A stretch of 15,516 nucleotides of DNA from Chthoniobacteraceae bacterium (lineage in GTDB: Bacteria > Verrucomicrobiota > Verrucomicrobiia > Chthoniobacterales > Chthoniobacteraceae), in the NCBI GenBank assembly GCA_031409335.1, contig JANNWY010000208.1, forward strand, positions 1 through 15,516, in the 5' to 3' direction. The notes beneath the pieces are model-generated. The model saw only the letters and a list, made by a program, of their open reading frames with translations, did no database searches and was not told the DNA's origin. Positions 7,968 through 15,390 of this stretch are shown here, piece after piece. How positions within the stretch are numbered: position 1 is the first letter of the stretch; every line of letters starts with the position of its first letter. Made by a program: the position numbers and the translations under genes.

Positions 7968-7980
7968 TGGTGGTCTTCGT

Positions 7981-8736
7981 TCAAGTCGGACAAGGCAGAC
8001 CTTCTTCCATCCGCACCGCAGTCTCCGGGATTTCCGCGAAGTCGCGCGAGGCGAGCCAGACCGCTTGGCGGCAGAAGAGGAAACGCGCGTGGCCGAATTC
8101 CTTCCATCCGGCGAGTTCGGTGAGCGCGTGCATTTCCCCGAAACTGAAGGCGCGGCGCGCGGAGAGGCGGCCATCGTGCTGCGTCATCGGATCGCGGTAG
8201 ATCGCGGCGGTGATGGCCCACACTCCGGCGGTGGTGAACGGGCTACGTTCGAGATCGGCGACGAGGGCAAAGCGGGTCGAGAGTTCGCGGCAGCGGCGCA
8301 GCAGCAGCGCGGCGTTTTCATCGCTGAAATGATGCAGCGCGAGCGAGCAGTGGACGAAGTCGTAGCGCAGACTCGTCTCGTATTTCAGCACGTCGGCCTG
8401 GTGAAAATGAATCTCTGGATACCCGGCGCATTTTTTCTCCGCGATGGCGAGCGTCGCATCCTGCGCATCGATGGCGTCGATGTGCAGCGCGATGCCGCGC
8501 GGGCGTGCCCAATCGACCATGACGCGCGGGAGGTCGGCGGCGCCGGTGCAGAGATCGAGCACGCGATACGCGCGGTCGGGCTTCAGCCATCCGGCGAGGA
8601 AACGGCGGAGCAGGCGGTGGCTTCCGAACTGGCGATTGAGCGCAACGAGATTATCGAGGTCTCGCTCGAGTTCGGCGCTGACCGGCTGCGGGCGGTCCAT
8701 GAGTTCCGATTTGTTGGGATCGAAGTCGCGGGGCAT
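7981..8736 (-). CDS. Class I SAM-dependent methyltransferase
   Basis: N-terminal ELMD, motif I VLDLCTGAAD, YDFVHCSLALHHF, VADLERS, HDGRLSARRAFS. Confidence 0.9.
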   Translation of the reverse strand: MPRDFDPNKSELMDRPQPVSAELERDLDNLVALNRQFGSHRLLRRFLAGWLKPDRAYRVLDLCTGAADLPRVMVDWARPRGIALHIDAIDAQDATLAIAEKKCAGYPEIHFHQADVLKYETSLRYDFVHCSLALHHFSDENAALLLRRCRELSTRFALVADLERSPFTTAGVWAITAAIYRDPMTQHDGRLSARRAFSFGEMHALTELAGWKEFGHARFLFCRQAVWLASRDFAEIPETAVRMEEGLPCPT

Positions 8737-8789
8737 CGGGAGGCGCAGACTAGGGCGCGGAGGGGAGCGTGGCTAGTGCGGTGTGCGTT

Positions 8790-10271
8790 CTACTTCTTCC
8801 AAACGTCGCCGACGCCTTCGCCGAACCAGCGCGAACTGATGACTTTTTGCTGCGTGTAAAATTGCACCGCCTCGCGGCCCTGAATGTGCAGGTCGCCGAA
8901 GAACGATTCATCCCAGCCGGTGAACGGAAACATCGCCATCGTCGCGGGGACGCCGACGTTGATGCCGACCATGCCGGCTTTCACGCGGTGCTTGAATTCA
9001 CGCGCGGCTTTCCCCGAGTTGGTGAAAATCGCCGCGCCATTTCCGTAGGCGGACGCGTTGGCCTGCGCGATGGCGGCGTCGAGATCGTCCATGCGCATCA
9101 CGTTCAGGACTGGTCCGAAAACTTCCTCGCGGGCCAGCGTCATGCCGGGCTGGATGCCGTCGATGATCGTCGCGCCGATGTAAAAACCGCCGGGCGCTTC
9201 CGGCACGCGCACGCTACGTCCGTCGGCGATGATTTTCGCGCCTTCGCTCTCGCCGCTCGCGAGGAGACTCAGCACGCGGTCGCGATGCGGCGCGGTGATG
9301 AGCGGCCCCATGTCCGGCTGCGTGGCGCGATCGGTCGGGCCGACGCGGATGGCGTTCGCCGCATCGACGAGTGAAGGCAGCAAACGCTCCGCCGCGGCGC
9401 CGACGGCGAGCGCGGTGGAGCCGGCCATGCAGCGTTCGCCCGCACAGCCGAAGGCGGCTTGCGAAAGGCTCTCGACGGTCTTCGCGACATCCGCGTCGGG
9501 CATCACCACGATGTAATTTTTTGCGCCGCCATTGGCTTGCACGCGTTTGCCGTTCCGCGTGCCGGTTTCGTAAATATAGCGCGCGATCGGCGTCGAGCCG
9601 ACGAATGAAACGGCGCGCACCTGCGGATGCGTGAGCAGCGCGTCCACGCACTCGCGCCCGCCATGCACGAGATTCAGCACGCCCTTTGGCAACCCCGCTT
9701 TTTCCAGCAGCTCCACGAGCGCCACCGCGGTCAGCGGCACCTTCTCGCTTGGCTTCAGCACGAAGGTATTTCCACACACGAGCGCGAGCGGGAACATCCA
9801 CAGCGGGACCATCGCGGGGAAATTGAACGGCGTGATGCCGGCGCACACGCCGAGCGGCTGGAGCACCGTCTCACAGTCCACGCCGCGCGCGATGTTTTCC
9901 AGCGTGCTGCCCATCAGCAGCGACGGCGCGCCGCACGCGTATTCGATGTTTTCCAGCCCGCGAAAAAGGCTGCCGCGCGCTTCGACGAGCGTCTTCCCAT
10001 GCTCCCGTGAAACCGTCGCGCAAAGCCGGTCAAAGTTTTCCTCCACGAGCTGGCGGTAGCGAAACATCACGCGCGCCCGCTCGACCACCGGCGTATCGCG
10101 CCACGCGGGGAAAGCGGTGGCGGCCGCTGCGACGGCGGCATTCACTTCCGCCGCGCCGCCCGCCGGACATTCGGCGATGACTTCACCGATCGAAGGATTG
10201 AAAACCGGCGTGCCGCCCGCGGTGCAGCGCCATTCGCCGTCGATGAAATCAGGACAAGAAGTGAGGGACAT
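8790..10271 (-). CDS. mmsA: CoA-acylating (methyl)malonate-semialdehyde dehydrogenase (MmsA/IolA)
   Basis: ALDH motifs GITPFNFPAMVPLWMFP, LKPSEK, SFVGST, GGAKN, AFGCAGERCMA, EEVFGPVL, GMVGINVGVP. The RVQANGGAKN and SFFGDLH segments fit the CoA-acylating subfamily. Confidence 0.93.
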   Translation of the reverse strand: MSLTSCPDFIDGEWRCTAGGTPVFNPSIGEVIAECPAGGAAEVNAAVAAAATAFPAWRDTPVVERARVMFRYRQLVEENFDRLCATVSREHGKTLVEARGSLFRGLENIEYACGAPSLLMGSTLENIARGVDCETVLQPLGVCAGITPFNFPAMVPLWMFPLALVCGNTFVLKPSEKVPLTAVALVELLEKAGLPKGVLNLVHGGRECVDALLTHPQVRAVSFVGSTPIARYIYETGTRNGKRVQANGGAKNYIVVMPDADVAKTVESLSQAAFGCAGERCMAGSTALAVGAAAERLLPSLVDAANAIRVGPTDRATQPDMGPLITAPHRDRVLSLLASGESEGAKIIADGRSVRVPEAPGGFYIGATIIDGIQPGMTLAREEVFGPVLNVMRMDDLDAAIAQANASAYGNGAAIFTNSGKAAREFKHRVKAGMVGINVGVPATMAMFPFTGWDESFFGDLHIQGREAVQFYTQQKVISSRWFGEGVGDVWKK

Positions 10272-10292
10272 AGGATTGGTAAGAACGCGAAG

Positions 10293-10814
10293 TTACTCCG
10301 GCGGCGTGATGCCTTGGGCCTCCAAAAGTTGACGCAAGAACAAGAGGTCCGGCTGGTCCTTTTCGCGATGCGTGTGGCGCTTCATCCGCCAGAGCAGCAG
10401 CGGCGATGCGAAGGGAATCGGGACGCCATCCACTTCCCGGACCGCGATGTCGCACGCCGCCTCGGCGTACTCGATCCCGCTGGCAGAGGCCATCAGATCG
10501 ACGAGCACTTCGTCGGCCACGCGGCAAACGCGGTATTTCGCCACATCCCCTGGGTCGAGATCGAGGACCGCCTTGTCGGGGAGGCAGGCGAGTGCCGAAA
10601 AAACCTTCGCTTCGTTTTCGAGCGATGCGTCCACGAGCAGATCGATATCGCCGGTGTTGCGAAGGTAACCCGCGACTCGAATGGCGAAGCCGCCGCAGAT
10701 CAGGTAGCGCGCTCCTCGTGCATTGAGATCCCGGCAGAGCGCCACGAGATCGCTCAACGTCGGATCGCGCGAGACTAGTTCGGAATCTTCTTCGTCCGGG
10801 CGTTGATCAGCCAT
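10293..10814 (-). CDS. Nucleotidyltransferase-fold protein (AbiEii/DUF6036-like), 173 aa
   Basis: YLICGGFA...G..R.TGDIDLLV (GG plus DxD NTase motif), VLVDLM (third acidic residue), and C-terminal K...REKDQPDL. Confidence 0.85.
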   Translation of the reverse strand: MADQRPDEEDSELVSRDPTLSDLVALCRDLNARGARYLICGGFAIRVAGYLRNTGDIDLLVDASLENEAKVFSALACLPDKAVLDLDPGDVAKYRVCRVADEVLVDLMASASGIEYAEAACDIAVREVDGVPIPFASPLLLWRMKRHTHREKDQPDLLFLRQLLEAQGITPPE

Positions 10815-10999
10815 GCGTCGGCATCTTCGTGGGAGTGAAACCGATAGACGCCGGGGCGCGCTCCGCGCAGGCCGGGGAACGCCCGAAGCCATGCCCTGGC
10901 ATCTTCGATTTCACCCGGTTGAATCTTCAGCGGATCGGGTGGCACGCGCCGCCCGACAGTCTTGCCGATGTTTTCTTCGAGATTGATGACGGGATTCAT
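10775..10999 (-). CDS. Small hypothetical protein (74 aa), putative partner/antitoxin of the nucleotidyltransferase
   Basis: MNPVINLEENIGKTVGRR...RPGVYRFHSHEDADAW. It overlaps the downstream NTase gene by 40 bp and has its own predicted promoter. Confidence 0.75.
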   Translation of the reverse strand: MNPVINLEENIGKTVGRRVPPDPLKIQPGEIEDARAWLRAFPGLRGARPGVYRFHSHEDADAWLINARTKKIPN

Positions 11000-11009
11000 G
11001 TTCCCGTGC

Positions 11010-11038
11010 AGCTTACGCGCGGTGAATGGCGGACACAA
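11010..11038 (-). promoter_or_regulatory. Sigma70-like promoter for the small protein/NTase pair
   Basis: Minus strand TTGTGT (11038-11033), 17-nt spacer, TAAGCT (11015-11010), ending 10 nt before the ATG. Confidence 0.45.
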
Positions 11039-11063
11039 TCCCGCAGCGCATCGTCGTGCGAAT

Positions 11064-11837
11064 TCACCGCCCGATCGCGCCGAAATGCCGCAGCGCCTCG
11101 ACCACGCCATAGCTGCAAATCCCCGTCGCGATGTAACCGCCCGCTTTCGCCACCGCGCTTTTCACCGGCTCCACGGCATTTCCAGGACACGCGATCCAGC
11201 GCGCGTGCGTGCCATCGAGCATCGGGAGATCGTTGAGGTGATCGCCTGCGGCGAAAATGTGCTCGCGCGCGATTCCGCACAGCCGCCCGAGTTCGGCGAG
11301 CGCGGTGCCTTTGCTGTAATCCTCGTGGCAAAAGCGCACGTAGATCGTGTTGCGCATGTATTGGAAACCCGGCACGCGCACGCGCTCCTGCTCGAGAAAT
11401 TCGCACACGCGATCCATGTCCGCGTCGGTCGCAGTCACGAGCCCGACCATGCGCCCGCCCATGTGGATCGCCTGCGCGCCGGGCACCTTTGCGAGAAAGG
11501 CGGTGATGTCCGCGAGAAGCTGGCCCGACTGGGCAAAGAGCGCGTCGTGCGCGACGGCGCAACGCGCATTCCAATCGCCGTAGTCCTGCCACGTCCCATC
11601 CGGCGCGCGGTGAAAAACCTCGCGCTCGGCGGTGAGCACGTAGTCCGGCTCGATCGGGAAATGAAACTCCGCGAGCCCATCAATGATGTGCTGCAATTCA
11701 CGCCCCGTATTCACCGCCCACAGACAGCCGCGCTCCCGCATTTCCGCAAAGCCGGTAAACAACTCCGGCGAAACCGGCGGATCGACGTAGTGATCGACCA
11801 GGGTGCCGTCGAAGTCAGTGCTGAGAAGTTTGATCAC
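11064..11837 (-). CDS. HAD-IIB (Cof/sucrose-phosphatase-like) hydrolase
   Basis: Motif I STDFDGTL, motif II NTGR, motif III SKG, motif IV AAGDHLNDLPML; GTG start. Confidence 0.92.
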   Translation of the reverse strand: MIKLLSTDFDGTLVDHYVDPPVSPELFTGFAEMRERGCLWAVNTGRELQHIIDGLAEFHFPIEPDYVLTAEREVFHRAPDGTWQDYGDWNARCAVAHDALFAQSGQLLADITAFLAKVPGAQAIHMGGRMVGLVTATDADMDRVCEFLEQERVRVPGFQYMRNTIYVRFCHEDYSKGTALAELGRLCGIAREHIFAAGDHLNDLPMLDGTHARWIACPGNAVEPVKSAVAKAGGYIATGICSYGVVEALRHFGAIGR

Positions 11838-11843
11838 GGAGAA

Positions 11844-11939
11844 AGTTGAGAGTTGAGAGTTGCGGCGCGAGGTAGGACAAGTGGTGAAGAGCTGCCGTAT
11901 ATCGGCTCACAACTCACAACCCTCAACTCCCAACTTCCC
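11844..11939. repeat. Inverted pair of heptad arrays (AGTTGAG)n / (CTCNCAA)n in the divergent intergenic region
   Basis: 11844-11862 agttgag-agttgag-agttg; 11906-11939 ctcacaa-ctcacaa-ccctcaa-ctcccaa-cttccc. Confidence 0.8.
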
Positions 11940-12215
11940 ATGAAATCCGCCTACGAACTCGCCATGGAGCGGCTCGAAAAGAAGTCGCCCTCCGTCACGC
12001 TCACCGAAAAGCAAAAGGCCGAGATCGCTGAGATCGAAGCGACCTTCAAAGCGAAGATCGCCGAGCGCGAAGTCTTCCTGCAGGATCAAATCGCCAAGGC
12101 GCAGTTCGAGGGGAAGGCCGGCGAAATTTTGGAGTTGGAAGACCAGCTCGCGCGCGAACTGCGCCGACTGCACCAGGATTGCGAAGACAAAAAGGCAAAG
12201 GTGCGCCCGAAGTAG
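11940..12215 (+). CDS. Small helical/coiled-coil hypothetical protein (91 aa)
   Basis: MKSAYELAMERLEK...; host-like codon usage and E/K-rich amphipathic helices. Confidence 0.85.
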   Translation: MKSAYELAMERLEKKSPSVTLTEKQKAEIAEIEATFKAKIAEREVFLQDQIAKAQFEGKAGEILELEDQLARELRRLHQDCEDKKAKVRPK

Positions 12216-12287
12216 CCGCTCACGATTGGCTGGCGCGTCACGCGGAGGCAGCTCGAGCTGCGCGACAAATCCCGCGATTCCCATTTT

Positions 12288-12311
12288 GGGGCGAGTAGCT
12301 ATCCTCGCCCC
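12288..12311. promoter_or_regulatory. Palindrome upstream of uxaE (operator or hairpin) containing a -10-like TATCCT
   Basis: ggggcgag (12288-12295), tagctatc, ctcgcccc (12304-12311); TATCCT at 12300-12305; ends 9 nt before the ATG. Confidence 0.45.
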
Positions 12312-12320
12312 CTTTCCCAA

Positions 12321-13571
12321 ATGCTTACCCTCGAAAAATTCTCCATCGGCGTTGGTGATCGCTTTGCGCACCAGGCCAAAGCGCAATTGCGCGCCTGCCA
12401 ACTCATCGCAGCGGACGGCGCGGACGTGGTTCCGGTCTGGAACAAATCGAATCGCGAACACACCTTCATCGGCTCGGAGCCGGCGAGCGTGCGGGAGGCG
12501 GCGAGCGTCGCGGTTTCCATGTCGGGCTGGACGGGCGGGTGGCATGTCGATGCGGATCATATCCGGCTGGAAACGGTGGATCGGTTTTTGCCGCACTCGG
12601 ACTTTTTCACGATTGATGTGGCGGATTCCATTGGGCAGGCGGCGGCTTCGGCGGACGTGCAGGCGTTTGTGGACGGGCATCCTGAGCTGATCGGTGCGAT
12701 CGCGATTCCGCAAATCGCCGAGCCTTTTCACACCACGCGCGGGGAGATCGAGCGGATCGCGGGGAAATTTTTGCTCGCGGTGCAGGATGCCGGGAAGATT
12801 TACCGGCACATCGACGCGAAAAAAGGCGCGCGCGGTTTCATCGCGGAAGTTTCCATGGATGAAACAGACTCGCCGCAGACGCCACCGGAGTTGCTCGTGA
12901 TCCTCGCCGCGCTCGCGGATGAAAAAGTGCGCGTGCAAACGATCGCGCCGAAATTCACCGGGCGTTTTAACAAGGGCGTGGATTACGTCGGCGACCTCGC
13001 GCAGTTCGAGAAGGAGTTTCACGACGACCTCGCGGTAATCGCCCACGCCATCGCGCGCTACGGCCTGCCGGCAAATCTGAAACTCAGCGTCCACAGCGGC
13101 AGCGACAAGTTTTCGCTCTACCCGATCGTCCGCCGCACGCTGCCGAAATTCGACGCGGGCGTGCATTTGAAAACGGCGGGGACGACGTGGCTCGAAGAAC
13201 TCATTGGCCTCGCGGAAGCGGGCGGCGAGGCACTGGCTTTTGCGAAGGAAGTCTATGCGGGCGCGATCGGGCACGTGGATGAATTCTGCGCGCCGTATGC
13301 GTCGGTAATCGACATCGACAAGGCGAAGCTGCCGACTGCGGAGGAGGTCGCGGGCTGGACCAGCGAGCAATTCACTGGCGCGCTGCGGCACGACCAGACG
13401 CACCCGCTTTTCAACGCGAGCTTCCGGCAACTGCTGCACGTTTCCTTCAAACTCGCGGCGAAAGCGGGGCAGCGGTATCTCGACCTGCTCATCGCGAATG
13501 AGGAAGTCGTCGGGAAGAACGTGACCGAGAACCTTTACGCACGGCATCTGCGACCGCTTTTCGTCGGCTGA
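12321..13571 (+). CDS. uxaE: D-tagaturonate/D-fructuronate epimerase
   Basis: FSIGVGDRF, WHVDADHI, FFTIDVA, EVSMDET, APKFTGRFNKGVDYVGD, KLSVHSGSDKFSLYP, HLKTAGTTWLE, FRQLLHV are motifs of the UxaE family. Confidence 0.93.
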   Translation: MLTLEKFSIGVGDRFAHQAKAQLRACQLIAADGADVVPVWNKSNREHTFIGSEPASVREAASVAVSMSGWTGGWHVDADHIRLETVDRFLPHSDFFTIDVADSIGQAAASADVQAFVDGHPELIGAIAIPQIAEPFHTTRGEIERIAGKFLLAVQDAGKIYRHIDAKKGARGFIAEVSMDETDSPQTPPELLVILAALADEKVRVQTIAPKFTGRFNKGVDYVGDLAQFEKEFHDDLAVIAHAIARYGLPANLKLSVHSGSDKFSLYPIVRRTLPKFDAGVHLKTAGTTWLEELIGLAEAGGEALAFAKEVYAGAIGHVDEFCAPYASVIDIDKAKLPTAEEVAGWTSEQFTGALRHDQTHPLFNASFRQLLHVSFKLAAKAGQRYLDLLIANEEVVGKNVTENLYARHLRPLFVG

Positions 13572-13576
13572 TGGAA

Positions 13577-13645
13577 ACCGCGGATTCCACGGATTGACGC
13601 GGATTTTCAGATTCCCAATCCGCGTTCATCCGCGAAATCTGCGGT
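13577..13645. repeat. Imperfect 29-bp inverted repeat built from 9-10-nt CGGATT-containing units
   Basis: Left arm accgcggatt-ccacggatt-gacgcggatt (13577-13605); right arm aatccgcgttcatccgcgaaatctgcggt (13617-13645); 24/29 complementary with an 11-nt loop. Confidence 0.85.
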
Positions 13646-13654
13646 CAAAAAATC

Positions 13655-14467
13655 ATGAAATCCGCCATCACTGTTTCCCTAGTTCCCCAAGCGAAAGGCG
13701 GCCCGTTCGTCTTTTGGGATGGTCTAGCAAATGCGGCAGTACTCGCGTCTGATCTTGGCTTCGATGCGCTGGAGATTTTTCCGCCGAATGCGGACACGCT
13801 GAATGTGGAGGCGATTCGGGAATTGCTCGGGACGCACAAGCTCGCGGTCGCGGCGGTCGGCACGGGTGGCGGTTGGGTCGTTCATAAGTGGACGCTGACG
13901 CATGGCGATCCGGCGATTCGGGCGCGGGCGAAGGGATTTATCCGCTCGATTATTGAAAAGGCTGCAGCGCTCGGGGCACCGGCGATTCTTGGCTCGATGC
14001 AGGGCCGGTGGGAGGGCGATGTCTCGCGGAAGCAGGCGCTGGACTGGCTGGCCGAGGCGCTGGACGAGCTCGGACATTTTGCGCGCGAACACGGGCAGCC
14101 TTTTCTCTACGAACCGCTGAACCGCTACGAAACGAATCTCATCCATCGCACGGGCGAAGCAGCGGAGTGGCTGCGCAAATTGCCGACGCGGAACGTGCGC
14201 ATCCTGTCCGATCTCTTTCACATGAACATCGAGGAAGCCGACATCGCCGATGCTTTGCGCGCCGGCGGCGACTTGATCGGGCATGTGCATTTTGCGGATT
14301 CAAATCGTCACGCGATCGGGCTCGGTCACACGGAAATCGCGCCGATCATCGCGGCGCTGCGCGACATCAACTACAAGGGCTACCTTTCTGCGGAGATTTT
14401 GCCGCTGCCGGATTCAGCGACCGCTGCGCGCCAGACGATGCGATCTTTCCGCCACTTTTTTCCCTGA
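13655..14467 (+). CDS. Sugar phosphate isomerase/epimerase, xylose-isomerase-like TIM barrel (ketose 3-epimerase/IolO-like)
   Basis: Metal/catalytic motifs EPLNRYE, DLFHMNIEE, HVHFADSNR, G.GH, YLSAE. Confidence 0.9.
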   Translation: MKSAITVSLVPQAKGGPFVFWDGLANAAVLASDLGFDALEIFPPNADTLNVEAIRELLGTHKLAVAAVGTGGGWVVHKWTLTHGDPAIRARAKGFIRSIIEKAAALGAPAILGSMQGRWEGDVSRKQALDWLAEALDELGHFAREHGQPFLYEPLNRYETNLIHRTGEAAEWLRKLPTRNVRILSDLFHMNIEEADIADALRAGGDLIGHVHFADSNRHAIGLGHTEIAPIIAALRDINYKGYLSAEILPLPDSATAARQTMRSFRHFFP

Positions 14468-14475
14468 ATTTCATC

Positions 14476-14922
14476 ATGCTCAAGCACCAGCTCACTCACC
14501 CGAAAATCAACGAAGTCCTCGCTCGCGCGGGGCATCACTCGGCGATCCTCATCGCCGACGGGAATTATCCCGCGTCCACGAAAAAGGGGCCGAATGCGGA
14601 AGTCGTTTGCCTGAATCTTTCGCCCGGCTGCGTGACCGTCGCGCAAGTGCTGCGCGCGATTTTGAGTGCGGTGCCGATCGACCATATCAACACGATGGGG
14701 ATTCCCGCCGACGATCCGTACGCGCAGGCGGGCGAGCCAGCGGTGTGGGAGGAATACCGCGCGGTCGTCAAAGAGGCGGGGCTCGATCTGCGGTTGCAGC
14801 CGATTCAGAAGTGGGATTTTTACCGCGTCGTGGAGTCGGCGGATCATGTGCTGACGGTGCAGACGGCGGATCAATCGCTCTGGGCGAATGTGCTGCTGAC
14901 GATGGGGTGTCGGCAGGCGTAA
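14476..14922 (+). CDS. RbsD/FucU family sugar pyranase/mutarotase (148 aa)
   Basis: MLK...LARAGHHSAILIADGNYP...IQKWDFY...VQTAD..WANVLLTMG; starts 8 nt after the upstream stop. Confidence 0.9.
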   Translation: MLKHQLTHPKINEVLARAGHHSAILIADGNYPASTKKGPNAEVVCLNLSPGCVTVAQVLRAILSAVPIDHINTMGIPADDPYAQAGEPAVWEEYRAVVKEAGLDLRLQPIQKWDFYRVVESADHVLTVQTADQSLWANVLLTMGCRQA

Positions 14923-15129
14923 CGGGATAGCGGCGGGCAAATCGCGAACGAGGTTTCACGCCTTGGCTCTGACAGCTCACTTTTTCCGGCGGGTTTGCAT
15001 CGGAGCGCCGCTGCCGCGCCGCCCCATTGCCTTTCCCGTCTTCGCTACGCGCAGTGCGGAGGAGAGTGGCGGAAACGGGTGTTTTTGCTGGACTAGCATT
15101 GCGGACGTATTGCATAGAGCACACCCGTG

Positions 15130-15390
15130 ATGAGTGAGAGCGCCGTAGGGTTTAGCCATATACACACGAAGGAGCTGCGAATTGTTGCAATCACGCGGGC
15201 GCGCAGACGGATCGAGTTCCTCCAGTGTAAGGAGAATAAGGAGAACCAACTGCTTGCAGAGGGCAATCGCATTGCGAAGGACGATCTCAATCTCAAGAAG
15301 GCCGTTAAAGAAATCGCTGACTTACGTAAGGAAATTGGCGAACTGGAGTCTAAAGACCACGCGAGCGACGAATCCCTAACAGCCTGTTGA
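15130..15390 (+). pseudogene. Lower-GC coiled-coil ORF, apparently truncated by an IS insertion
   Basis: E/K/L-rich helix (LNLKKAVKEIADLRKEIGELESK). Its stop codon (15388-15390) lies inside the putative IS terminal repeat. Confidence 0.5.

Noticed and set aside
7981..8736. Methyltransferase as marker of a type III PKS cluster
   Set aside because: No PKS or FAD-oxidoreductase gene in the window
11907..13547. 546-aa antisense ORF over uxaE (similarly 8065-8859, 8769-9374, 10962-11849)
   Set aside because: Fully overlap well-supported genes on the opposite strand; codon-bias artefacts
13577..13645. Short repeats considered as a CRISPR array
   Set aside because: Units are 9-10 nt, tandem or inverted, with no spacers and no cas genes
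14930..15126. GC-rich stretch with weak hairpins and gggtgt/acaccc arms considered as ncRNA, tRNA or att site
   Set aside because: No cloverleaf, T-loop or recognisable RNA motif, and pairing is too imperfect to support
15175..15225. LRIVAITRARRRIEFL resembles helicase motif VI (YVAITRAR)
   Set aside because: No other SF1 helicase motifs nearby; too short to distinguish from chance
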